NCBI GenBank assembly: GCA_026418675.1
Contig: JAOAAX010000002.1
Coordinates: 12,719-76,718, forward strand
Direction of reading: 5' to 3'
Origin: Chthoniobacterales bacterium
Lineage (GTDB): Bacteria; Verrucomicrobiota; Verrucomicrobiia; Chthoniobacterales; DYNR01
Length of the DNA stretch: 64,000 nt
In this document: piece by piece, positions 56,677-64,000 of the stretch
Position numbering within the stretch: position 1 is the stretch's first letter
Layout of the letters: each line of letters starts with the position of its first letter
Position numbers and translations under genes: made by a program
Notes under the pieces: model-generated
Told to the model about the DNA's origin: nothing
Database searches by the model: none
The model's input: only the letters and a program-made list of their open reading frames with translations

Positions 56677-57747
56677 ATGGAAGACGTTATAGTTGTTACT
56701 GGAGGTGCGGGTTTTATTGGAGCGAATTTTGTTCTTTCGTGGTTGGAGGAAGAGGGTAGGGCTATAGTGAATCTTGATAAGCTTACGTATGCAGGGAACT
56801 TACGAAGCTTAGAACAGGTGATGTCGGATGAACGGCATATTTTTATTCGCGGGGATATTGGCGACCGCGCTTGTGTGGAGGGTATTTTTCGTATGTATCG
56901 GCCATGGGCGGTTGTGAATTTTGCGGCGGAGTCGCACGTTGATCGCTCAATTCATGGGCCGAGGGATTTTATTGAGACGAATGTTTTGGGAACCTTTGAG
57001 TTGTTGGAATGTGTTCGTGCATATTGGACGGAGTTATCTTCTGATGAAAAGAGAAGGTTTCGTTTCCTCCACGTTTCCACAGACGAAGTTTACGGTTCTC
57101 TTCATCCGAATGACCCGCCTTTTTCGGAAGAATCGCGATACCAGCCAAACAGTCCTTATTCAGCATCAAAGGCTGCTAGCGATCATCTTGTGAGGGCATA
57201 TGGCCATACATATGGCCTTCCTGTATTGACGACCAATTGCTCGAATAACTATGGTCCGTTGCAATTTCCGGAGAAACTAATTCCTCTGATGATTGTCAAT
57301 GCTTTGGAGTTAAAGGAGTTACCTGTGTATGGCGACGGCCAGCAAATAAGGGACTGGTTATATGTTCGTGACCATTGCGCTGCCATTCGAATGGTTCTGA
57401 GGGGTGGGCGTCCGAGTGAGGTTTACAATATTGGAGGGTGGAACGAGATGAAGAATCTGGATGTGGTGGAGAGGATTTGCGGGTTGTTGGATGAGATGAA
57501 ACCGAGAGCGGATGGCAAAAGTTATAGGGAACAAATACGATTTGTGAAGGATCGACCTGGACATGACCGAAGATATGCGATAAATGCATCCAAAATACAA
57601 AGAGAAATCGGCTGGAAACCAAAAGAAACCTTTGAGTCAGGTCTTCGGAAGACAGTTGAGTGGTATTTGAACAACATGGAATGGGTGAACGAAGTTCGGA
57701 CAGGAGCCTACCGCGATTGGATAGAAAAGAATTATGGCAGTCGGTAG
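56677..57747 (+). CDS. rfbB: dTDP-glucose 4,6-dehydratase
   Basis: [24 protein letters not shown] and [12 protein letters not shown] (YxxxK) are present, with a C-terminus typical of RfbB. Confidence 0.9.
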   Translation: MEDVIVVTGGAGFIGANFVLSWLEEEGRAIVNLDKLTYAGNLRSLEQVMSDERHIFIRGDIGDRACVEGIFRMYRPWAVVNFAAESHVDRSIHGPRDFIETNVLGTFELLECVRAYWTELSSDEKRRFRFLHVSTDEVYGSLHPNDPPFSEESRYQPNSPYSASKAASDHLVRAYGHTYGLPVLTTNCSNNYGPLQFPEKLIPLMIVNALELKELPVYGDGQQIRDWLYVRDHCAAIRMVLRGGRPSEVYNIGGWNEMKNLDVVERICGLLDEMKPRADGKSYREQIRFVKDRPGHDRRYAINASKIQREIGWKPKETFESGLRKTVEWYLNNMEWVNEVRTGAYRDWIEKNYGSR

Positions 57748-57832
57748 CATGTTTGATGGTTTTTTTATGAGTTAGTTGAATTAATCTGAGATAAGGGTTT
57801 AATTGAAATCAAAGAATTTAGGAAAAAGACTT

Positions 57833-58048
57833 ATGAATCCAAAGTTAGTTGATGAAGCATTAAAGATTGTTGGGAATCCGAATTTGCTGACGAACATAGT
57901 TTCTTTACGAGTTCGGCAACTTTGCAGGGAGGAACGTCCTTTGGTAGAGGTCAAAAGTGTCAGTGAAGATTTTTCTGATATAGCTTTGAGGGAAATTATT
58001 GAGGGGAAGTTAAGATGGCGTCAGGCACCGCAGAAGCGTGCGGCTTAG
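57833..58048 (+). CDS. rpoZ: DNA-directed RNA polymerase omega subunit
   Basis: The sequence is VDEALKIVGNPNLLTNIVSLRVRQL...PLVE......IALREIIEGKL. It matches the omega pattern V.DA..K.GNR..L......R.RQ......PLV.......A..EI.EG. Confidence 0.75.
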   Translation: MNPKLVDEALKIVGNPNLLTNIVSLRVRQLCREERPLVEVKSVSEDFSDIALREIIEGKLRWRQAPQKRAA

Positions 58049-58096
58049 GTCGGCAGTGGGAAAATTGTTTGCTAATGGAATGAAGGGTTTTGGGGT

Positions 58097-58555
58097 ATGG
58101 GAGGTGACATAGCAACAAATCGAAAAGGATATAGGGACTTCCATATTCGAGAGCGTATTGAAGCCGGGATTGAGCTTCGGGGAACAGAAGTTAAATCCAT
58201 TCGGGCTGGAGGGGTTGATATAGCTGGGGCGTTTGCTCGGGTAGAGAACGGAGAGGTTTTCGTTTATGGTATGGGTATTCCACCTTACGAGCGTGCCAGC
58301 CATGAACAACATGAACCCAAAAGGGTTCGGCGTTTATTGTTGCATAGGAGGGAGATAGAACGTCTTTTCGAAGCATCTAACATCAAAGGGAACGCGATTT
58401 TGCCTCTTCGTTTGTATTGGAAGGGCGGTCTAGTAAAAGTGGAGTTAGGTATCGGAAAAGGTAAGGACAAAGTTGATCGTCGCGAAGACTTAAAAGAGAA
58501 AGCAGTGCAGCGTGAAGTGGAGAGGGTTATTTTAGCAAAAAATAAAAGACGCTAA
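58097..58555 (+). CDS. smpB: SsrA-binding protein
   Basis: ATNRKGYRDF.I....AGIEL.GTEVKS.R, EPKR.R.LLLHR.EI and C-terminal basic tail motifs are present. Confidence 0.92.
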   Translation: MGGDIATNRKGYRDFHIRERIEAGIELRGTEVKSIRAGGVDIAGAFARVENGEVFVYGMGIPPYERASHEQHEPKRVRRLLLHRREIERLFEASNIKGNAILPLRLYWKGGLVKVELGIGKGKDKVDRREDLKEKAVQREVERVILAKNKRR

Positions 58556-58641
58556 TTGGGTAATAATCAATAATTCTACTTGATTACGTGTGCGGATGAG
58601 TTTAATATTTCTCGCCTTTGAAATAGAAATTCTAGCAAAAT

Positions 58642-59538
58642 ATGCCAGCGAAGAATGTTCCTCCCAAAGTATCCGATAAGGAAAAGGCGAAGAAAACTAG
58701 AGAGGTGCAAAAACAGAGTCAGCTTGCGGATAAAGAGAAAACTGAAGCTGCTAAACAGAGAAAGGTAAAACTGAAAGATAAAGAACTTAAAAATAAGACT
58801 TTGAAGTCTAAAAAAGAGACAGTAAAGCAAACACTACCCATAGCTAATCCGAAAGCGCTCAAAAAGGAGGATGGAACAAGGAAAGAAAGAGTTAAAGCCT
58901 CTGAACAAAAGAAGGTAGGAACGAAGTCTGAGCAAGAATTTGTAATAACGGAACATACGGAACCGGAGCAGATTTTCGAACAGTCAAAGAAATTTATACC
59001 TCCGTTAAAAAAACCGATTGGTTCGGTTTCATCGAAAGTTGTAACGGTGGAAGAAAAGCCATTGCCGCCATCAAAATGGGCTGCTTTTTTGAAGAAACAA
59101 AAGCAGCGTTTGTTGGACTTGAAGGATGAGCTTTTAGATTCAATGGATGGAGTAGCGAAGGATGCTTTGAGGAAGAGAGCGGAGGATAGTGAAGCAAATG
59201 CTTTTGGTATGCATCAAGCGGATGCTGGAAGCGATGCCTATGATCGTGATTATGCCCTGAATATCCTCTCTAGGGAGCAAAATTCGCTTTACGAAATAGA
59301 GGAGGCACTAAAACGGATCGAGGATGGAACATATGGGATTTGCCAAATTTCTGGCAAAAGAATACCGATTGCCCGATTAGAAGCTTTGCCTTTCACGCGA
59401 TTTACGGTTGAGTGTCAGGCGGAACTTGAGCGACATAATATATTACCGTCGAATTTCCAAAGTGCTGCGTTTTTGGCTCTAGGCGAAGAGGAGGGAGGTG
59501 AAGAGGAGGAAGAAACAAATTCAGAAACTAAAGAGTGA
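58642..59538 (+). CDS. DksA/TraR-family protein with ~140-aa Lys-rich N-terminal extension and acidic C-terminal tail
   Basis: The C-terminal ~130 aa align to DksA. The coiled-coil tip is AGSDAYDRD, and IEDGTYGICQISGKRIPIARLEALPFTRFTVECQ aligns with E. coli [34 protein letters not shown]. The N-terminus is KEKAKKTREVQKQ... and the tail is EEEGGEEEEETNSETKE. Confidence 0.75.
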   Translation: MPAKNVPPKVSDKEKAKKTREVQKQSQLADKEKTEAAKQRKVKLKDKELKNKTLKSKKETVKQTLPIANPKALKKEDGTRKERVKASEQKKVGTKSEQEFVITEHTEPEQIFEQSKKFIPPLKKPIGSVSSKVVTVEEKPLPPSKWAAFLKKQKQRLLDLKDELLDSMDGVAKDALRKRAEDSEANAFGMHQADAGSDAYDRDYALNILSREQNSLYEIEEALKRIEDGTYGICQISGKRIPIARLEALPFTRFTVECQAELERHNILPSNFQSAAFLALGEEEGGEEEEETNSETKE

Positions 59539-59547
59539 AAATTATTT

Positions 59548-59718
59548 ATGAGAGACATCATTATTTTGGAATGCACAGAAGCAAAAGCCGAAGGAAAACC
59601 AGCTTCTCGATATGTTACGACTCGAAATAAGAAGAGTCCACGGACACCAGGTAGGCTAGAGAAGAAGAAATACAACCCTTTTCTTCGGCGCCATACAATT
59701 CACCGAGAAGTAAAATAA
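59548..59718 (+). CDS. rpmG: 50S ribosomal protein L33
   Basis: The translation is [56 protein letters not shown], 56 aa. At that length it falls below the ORF-track cut-off. This is the non-Zn (C-minus) L33 pattern. Confidence 0.9.
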   Translation: MRDIIILECTEAKAEGKPASRYVTTRNKKSPRTPGRLEKKKYNPFLRRHTIHREVK

Positions 59719-59734
59719 GCAGAAGGAGTTACCG

Positions 59735-59974
59735 ATGCAGCCTAAAAATGCGAAGAGACGTTTGAATTTTCGGCGTGCAAATCGTCCGATGCCACGACGG
59801 CGGATTGACATAGCCATCGAGGCTATTGATTATAAAAATCCTGAGCTTTTAAAACGTTTTGTTTCAGAGACAGGTAAGATACTTCCTCGTCGGGTTACTG
59901 GGGTGCCTGCTTATTTACACCGAAAAATTACGCGTGAGATCAAACGCGCTCGGGCTATGCTTTTAATGAAGTAG
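59735..59974 (+). CDS. rpsR: 30S ribosomal protein S18
   Basis: The sequence is [46 protein letters not shown]. Confidence 0.92.
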   Translation: MQPKNAKRRLNFRRANRPMPRRRIDIAIEAIDYKNPELLKRFVSETGKILPRRVTGVPAYLHRKITREIKRARAMLLMK

Positions 59975-60437
59975 CGGGCTTAATAAATTGGAGAAGACTT
60001 GGAGCCTTGTCAGGAGACCAAGGGTTGATATTTTTTGATTGTATAGAGGCACGGTAGGTTTGAACAAAGTTAAGGAGAGCTTGAGCGTCAAGTCCATAAC
60101 AAAATGAATAGGGTTTGAGGTTTTTTTCAGCAAGAATTAGAAGTCTGCAAGCAGGTCTTGTGCGGGTAAGATGTTTGGGATGAGTAGGATATTCCCAATT
60201 TTTTTTTAGGTGAACAAAAGCGCCGGCTAATTGAATGAGTGCTTTGTAGAAAGTTGCAAATGGAGTATTTTTGCTGTTAAGCCATAGGTATTCGAGAGCA
60301 TCGTGAGCTTCGTAATAAAGTTGTCTTTCAAAAAGACTAATGTATGCGAGAAATTCAATAGGTCCTGAGAGGGAATAAGAGACTTTTATTTTTTCAGTAG
60401 AACTTAGGAGCTTTTGGATTTTTTCTTTCTTTTGCAA
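59955..60437 (-). CDS. DUF309-domain protein
   Basis: [17 protein letters not shown] matches the DUF309 signature (FN.g.ffEaHE.lE..W). The gene has a TTG start, and its 3' end overlaps convergent rpsR by 20 nt. Confidence 0.55.
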   Translation of the reverse strand: MQKKEKIQKLLSSTEKIKVSYSLSGPIEFLAYISLFERQLYYEAHDALEYLWLNSKNTPFATFYKALIQLAGAFVHLKKNWEYPTHPKHLTRTRPACRLLILAEKNLKPYSFCYGLDAQALLNFVQTYRASIQSKNINPWSPDKAPSLLQFIKPATSLKA

Positions 60438-60445
60438 TGGATGTA

Positions 60446-60946
60446 TTAGTTTTTTTCAGATGTTAAAACCTCCAAACGTTTCTTGGCTAGCCAAGCGCGA
60501 AGGATACCTTTCATACGTGTAAGAACGTAATAAATAGATTGGCTACGAGCGCGAACGAGTTGGCTGCCGACAATTCGAGGAATAAAATCGTGAGGTAAAT
60601 CGAGAACCTGTTGAAAGTGAACTCCTTCGAGGCCTCTACAGAGGATAGTCGTCAATGCCTTTGTTAGCGTCTGAACTTTGGGACCGAGGCTAACACGCCA
60701 AAAAGTTTGGCCATTAGGATCAATACGCAAGTGAATACCCACAGTGTCAGTGCATTCTTCATCCTTTCTAATGTCTTCAATATCAAATGATTCGCCTGAA
60801 ATGGGGGCTTGTTTTGAACTTTGATCTGCGTAGTGAATTAACGTTTCTCTTTTTTCCTCTTCGGAAAGAAATTCAAAAAGTTTAATAATTGTTTCAAGTT
60901 TTTGTGGTAATGGCGAAAGGTTTTGATGTTGGTTGTTAGTTATCAA
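60446..60946 (-). CDS. SufE-like sulfur-acceptor domain protein
   Basis: The layout resembles SufE. There is an N-terminal helix region, a conserved Cys in ..KDEECTDTVGIHL.. at the position of SufE GCQS.VW, and a C-terminal ...SQSIYYVLTRMK at the position of R.nGl.am. The gene has a TTG start. This assignment rests on motif memory only. Confidence 0.5.
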   Translation of the reverse strand: MITNNQHQNLSPLPQKLETIIKLFEFLSEEEKRETLIHYADQSSKQAPISGESFDIEDIRKDEECTDTVGIHLRIDPNGQTFWRVSLGPKVQTLTKALTTILCRGLEGVHFQQVLDLPHDFIPRIVGSQLVRARSQSIYYVLTRMKGILRAWLAKKRLEVLTSEKN

Positions 60947-60964
60947 ATTTCACTAAAAATTAGA

Positions 60965-61825
60965 TTAACCTTTTTCGATGGGCGCGCGGACTCGATTTCC
61001 CCATTCGGTCCAAGAACCGTCATAATTTCGGACTTTTTCGAATCCTAGTAACTCAGTTAATACGAACCAGGTATGACTTGAGCGTTCACCGATTCGGCAA
61101 TAGGCGATAATGTCATCGGATGGATTGAGACCGTTTTGTTCAATATAAATTTTGCGAAGTTCCTCGGCGGATTTGAAGGTGCTGTCTGGATTTACTGCGG
61201 TGCGCCAAGGAATGTTTTTTGCACCAGGGATGTGACCGCCACGTAAGACCCCCTCTTGAGGATATTCTGGCATGTGTGTAATTTCTCCTCGGAACTCTCC
61301 TGGGGTGCGAACGTCAACGAGAGGCAATCGTGCATTACTATGAGCAAGAGTGTCTTCGAAGAATGCACGAATTTCTGAATCGCGGCGACGTCTTGGAACT
61401 GGATAATTGGTGGGAGAAAATTGTGGAAGCGCTCGAGTAAGAGGGCGTCCTTCCTCTATCCATTTATCCCTCCCTCCGTTCATAACGTGAAGCTTTTTGT
61501 GACCGAAAAGCCGGAAAACCCAGAAAGCATAACAAGCCCACCAGTTAGACTTGTCTCCATAAAAAACTACCTCTGTATCAGGAGAGATCCCATTTTTGGA
61601 ACAAAGTGCTGCAAACTGTTCTGGAGAAATGTAGTCCCGGATAGTTGAGTCTTGAAGGTCTGTTGTCCAATCAATATGGACAGCATTTTCAATATGGCCT
61701 GTACTATAAAGAAGGACGTCTTCGTTGCTTTCAACAATTCGGACATTTGGGTTGTGGATGTTTTGAGAAACCCACTCGGTGCTTACTACTGCTTCAGGGT
61801 TTGCGTAACTAGTCTCAGGATTCAT
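60965..61825 (-). CDS. Tandem-rhodanese thiosulfate/3-mercaptopyruvate sulfurtransferase
   Basis: Two rhodanese domains are present. The active-site loop is [13 protein letters not shown] (CRxGxR[ST]), and the C-terminus is YDGSWTEWG. Confidence 0.88.
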   Translation of the reverse strand: MNPETSYANPEAVVSTEWVSQNIHNPNVRIVESNEDVLLYSTGHIENAVHIDWTTDLQDSTIRDYISPEQFAALCSKNGISPDTEVVFYGDKSNWWACYAFWVFRLFGHKKLHVMNGGRDKWIEEGRPLTRALPQFSPTNYPVPRRRRDSEIRAFFEDTLAHSNARLPLVDVRTPGEFRGEITHMPEYPQEGVLRGGHIPGAKNIPWRTAVNPDSTFKSAEELRKIYIEQNGLNPSDDIIAYCRIGERSSHTWFVLTELLGFEKVRNYDGSWTEWGNRVRAPIEKG

Positions 61826-61885
61826 AGTAATAAATAAATTTTCGCCAAATTCATAGAAGTCAAGAGAAAAGTAGATTTTTTTTAT

Positions 61886-63544
61886 CTAGTCGGCATTTCT
61901 GATATCAAGGAATGTTTGATAGCCACCACTCAAGTTGAAAGCAGTAAATCCTTTTTGACGGAGAATACGGGTGGCAGTATGGCCCCGAAGACCTACCTGA
62001 CAATAAACTGCTAGGGGCTTTTCTGTTGGGATATTTTTAATTTTTTGGCGGAGGGAAGAAAGAGGAATATTGATAGAATTTTCGACATGCCCATCTAAAA
62101 ATTCGTCTTCTTCTCGGACGTCTAAAATTGTGTAGTTTTCCTCTTGGATGCCATCCTTCCAACTAAGGAGTGGGGAATCTTTACGAAGGGAATTTGCTGC
62201 GATCATACCTGCAAAATTGATTGCATCTTTGGCTGCTCCGTATTGAGGGGAATAACAGAGTTCGGCCTCTTCAAGGTCGAAAACTGTTGCTCCGAGTTGT
62301 AAAGCCATTGCAAGAGTGTCGATTTTTCGGGGAACATCTTCTAAGCCTACTGCTTGTGCGCCGAGTAGTTTACCGTCAGAACGGCGGTAAATTATTTTCA
62401 TGTGGATGGTTTTTGCGCCAGGGTAGTATGCTACGTGATTTCTTGGGTGGAGATAAGCACATTCAAAATTATCATGCCCAAGTTTGCGTAGAGTTTTTTC
62501 ACTTAAGCCGGTTGAAGCTGCTGCCATTCCAAAAACACCGCATACTGCTGTTCCTTGAACTCCGCGAAATTTGGCATTGCGGCCGCAGATGACATCGGCA
62601 GCAACTCTTCCTTGCCGATTGGCTGGTCCTGCGAGAGGAATTAGCGTCGTTTCACCAGTAAGGAAATCTTTTACTTCTGCTAGATCCCCTACAGCAAAAA
62701 TACTTTCAATGCTTGTTTGCATATATTCGTTTGTCAAAACTCCACCCCGTGGTCCAATTTTTAAGCCTGCGCTTTTAGCGAGGGTCAAATCTGGGCGAAC
62801 TCCCAAGGCGATGATAACAATGTCAGCGGGTAAATGATCACCGTTTTTAGTTTTTAAAAGTAAGGAATTGCCATTTTTTAAAATTTCCGTGACGGGCTGT
62901 CCAAGAACAAGTTTGACGCCGTTATTCACAACATGGCGTTCAAGAGGACGAACCATTTCTGCATCCATTGGTGGCAAAATCTGCTGTGCCATTTCCACTA
63001 CAACTACTTCCAAGCCTAAGTGCTTTAGATTTTCGGCCATTTCCAAACCAATGAACCCTCCTCCAGCAACTACAGCCTTCCTAACTTTGTTTTCCTCGAT
63101 CCACTTTCGGATTCGCTGTGTATCGGGGATTGTTCGCACGGTGAAGACCCCAGGGAGGTCCAAACCGGGTATAGGTGGACGAATTGCTAGAGCTCCGGTT
63201 GCCAAAACCAAATGGGTATAATTTTTTTCAAATTCTTCGCCATTACGTAAGTTTCGGACACGCACGACTTTTCGGTGTGCATCAACCGAGATCACTTCGT
63301 GCTTCGTCTTTGCGTCTACTCGAAACTTAGCCCAAAACTCTTCAGGAGTAGTAAGCACGAGAGCTGCATCGTTTTGAATTATACCTCCAATTCGATACGG
63401 AAGTCCACAATTAGCAAAAGATACATAATCACCTTTTTCGTAAATTGTAATTTCTGCTTCCTCGTCTAAACGGCGCAGTCTTGCTGCACACGATGCTCCC
63501 CCAGCAACGCCACCTACAATAATAACATTACGTTTATTGCTCAT
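61886..63544 (-). CDS. CoA-disulfide reductase-family flavoprotein with C-terminal rhodanese domain (persulfide/polysulfide reductase-like)
   Basis: The FAD motif is VIIVGGVAGGASCAARL, the redox Cys is in SFANCGLPY, and the NAD(P)H motif is VVAGGGFIGLE. The C-terminal rhodanese domain has the loop YCQVGLRGH. Confidence 0.85.
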   Translation of the reverse strand: MSNKRNVIIVGGVAGGASCAARLRRLDEEAEITIYEKGDYVSFANCGLPYRIGGIIQNDAALVLTTPEEFWAKFRVDAKTKHEVISVDAHRKVVRVRNLRNGEEFEKNYTHLVLATGALAIRPPIPGLDLPGVFTVRTIPDTQRIRKWIEENKVRKAVVAGGGFIGLEMAENLKHLGLEVVVVEMAQQILPPMDAEMVRPLERHVVNNGVKLVLGQPVTEILKNGNSLLLKTKNGDHLPADIVIIALGVRPDLTLAKSAGLKIGPRGGVLTNEYMQTSIESIFAVGDLAEVKDFLTGETTLIPLAGPANRQGRVAADVICGRNAKFRGVQGTAVCGVFGMAAASTGLSEKTLRKLGHDNFECAYLHPRNHVAYYPGAKTIHMKIIYRRSDGKLLGAQAVGLEDVPRKIDTLAMALQLGATVFDLEEAELCYSPQYGAAKDAINFAGMIAANSLRKDSPLLSWKDGIQEENYTILDVREEDEFLDGHVENSINIPLSSLRQKIKNIPTEKPLAVYCQVGLRGHTATRILRQKGFTAFNLSGGYQTFLDIRNAD

Positions 63545-63646
63545 ACGATAACCAGTATTTAACTGTATAGTTTAGTAGTATAAACTCAAACTTCCCTTGC
63601 AACTGGAATTTTTTTTCTCCAGCATGGAAAAAACAAAGAAAGTGAC

Positions 63647-64000
63647 ATGGAAGTCCTTTTTCTGGCATTGCTGACGATTTTTTTGTATTTAGTAGCTTAT
63701 TTTACCTATGGCAGATGGCTGGCGCGGCGGATATTTGGACTAGAAGAGAAGCGGATATGTCCTTCTCGAGAACTTTGTGACGACAGGGATTACGTTCCAA
63801 CGCACCCACTTGTTGTTTTCGGTCACCATTTTACGTCAATTGCTGGAACAGGCCCGATTGTTGGCCCTGCGATTGGAGTGATTTGGGGATGGTTACCGGC
63901 GTTGGTGTGGGTGATTCTTGGGCCGATTTTTATTGGTGCTGTTTATGATTTTGCGGCGTTAGTAATGAGCTTAAGGAACCGAGGAAAATCTATTGGGGAA
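63647..64000 (+). CDS. cstA: Carbon starvation protein CstA (peptide/pyruvate transporter family), 5' part, runs off window
   Basis: The translation is MEVLFLALLTIFLYLVAYFTYGRWLARRIF...VVFGHHFTSIAGTGPIVGPAIGVIWGWLPALVWVILG.IFIGAVYDF. The reading frame is open to the window end. Confidence 0.85.
   Translation, partial: MEVLFLALLTIFLYLVAYFTYGRWLARRIFGLEEKRICPSRELCDDRDYVPTHPLVVFGHHFTSIAGTGPIVGPAIGVIWGWLPALVWVILGPIFIGAVYDFAALVMSLRNRGKSIGE

Noticed and set aside
58556-58641. tmRNA (ssrA) or another structured RNA next to smpB. I also scanned the other intergenic gaps over 100 nt (12103-12311, 41666-41891, 45554-45807, 46303-46390, 54144-54276) for tRNA or ncRNA.
   Set aside because: The gaps are too short for tmRNA. 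No cloverleaf-compatible sequence (GTTCRANYC T-loop plus acceptor pairing) or other recognisable RNA motif was found by eye.
1-64000. Searched for CRISPR arrays, IS elements or transposases, integrases, prophage genes, toxin-antitoxin pairs, reverse transcriptases and known defence-system signatures.
   Set aside because: None was found. There are no regularly spaced direct repeats and no long inverted terminal repeats. Every sizeable ORF is accounted for by housekeeping or envelope functions.

Overview
This 64-kb window is a densely packed chromosomal segment from a Gram-negative-type bacterium, as shown by the LPS genes lpxA, lpxC-fabZ and lpxK. GC content looks mid-40s % by eye. The taxon cannot be determined from the sequence alone. 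The LpxC-FabZ fusion, eukaryote-like UGDH/UXS, FG-GAP and DUF2029 proteins, and Pro/Ser-rich tails are loosely reminiscent of PVC/Verrucomicrobia-like lineages, but that is unverified. I call about 64 protein genes, nearly all housekeeping: atpB-atpE, tmk-holB-proB, hemX-like-hemA-hemC, one MCP, pdhABC, larB, thrB, lpxK, HU, an HAD-alr fusion, purD, manA, metF, lpxC/fabZ-lpxA, cheR-cheB, ribF-hisH-hisB, ruvB, mgtE, ribBA, uxs-ugd-rfbB, rpoZ, smpB, a dksA-like gene, rpmG-rpsR and a sulfur-transfer operon. The ORF track uses ATG/GTG/TTG longest-ORF starts, so I trimmed many starts to homology-consistent start codons. I saw no rRNA, tRNA, CRISPR array, transposase, integrase or phage or defence-type genes, and I cannot point to a clear-cut self-contained novel system. 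The observations most worth a second look are these. (1) An ~18-kb block (~5.5-23.9 kb) has GC skew opposite to both flanks. (2) A CoADR-rhodanese / tandem-rhodanese / SufE-like / DUF309 operon has no SufS or SufBCD nearby. (3) An ABC ATPase-cheR-cheB-lipoprotein operon converges on a double-FtsX permease. (4) An envelope cluster contains GT87/DUF2029, a secreted protein with poly-C tracts, an FG-GAP protein and a nucleotidyltransferase. (5) There are unusual fusions and tails (HAD phosphatase-alanine racemase; Lys-rich DksA-like protein). (6) A heavily decayed beta-helix gene lies just downstream of lpxA. All calls rest on reading the translations and on motif memory; no database search was possible.
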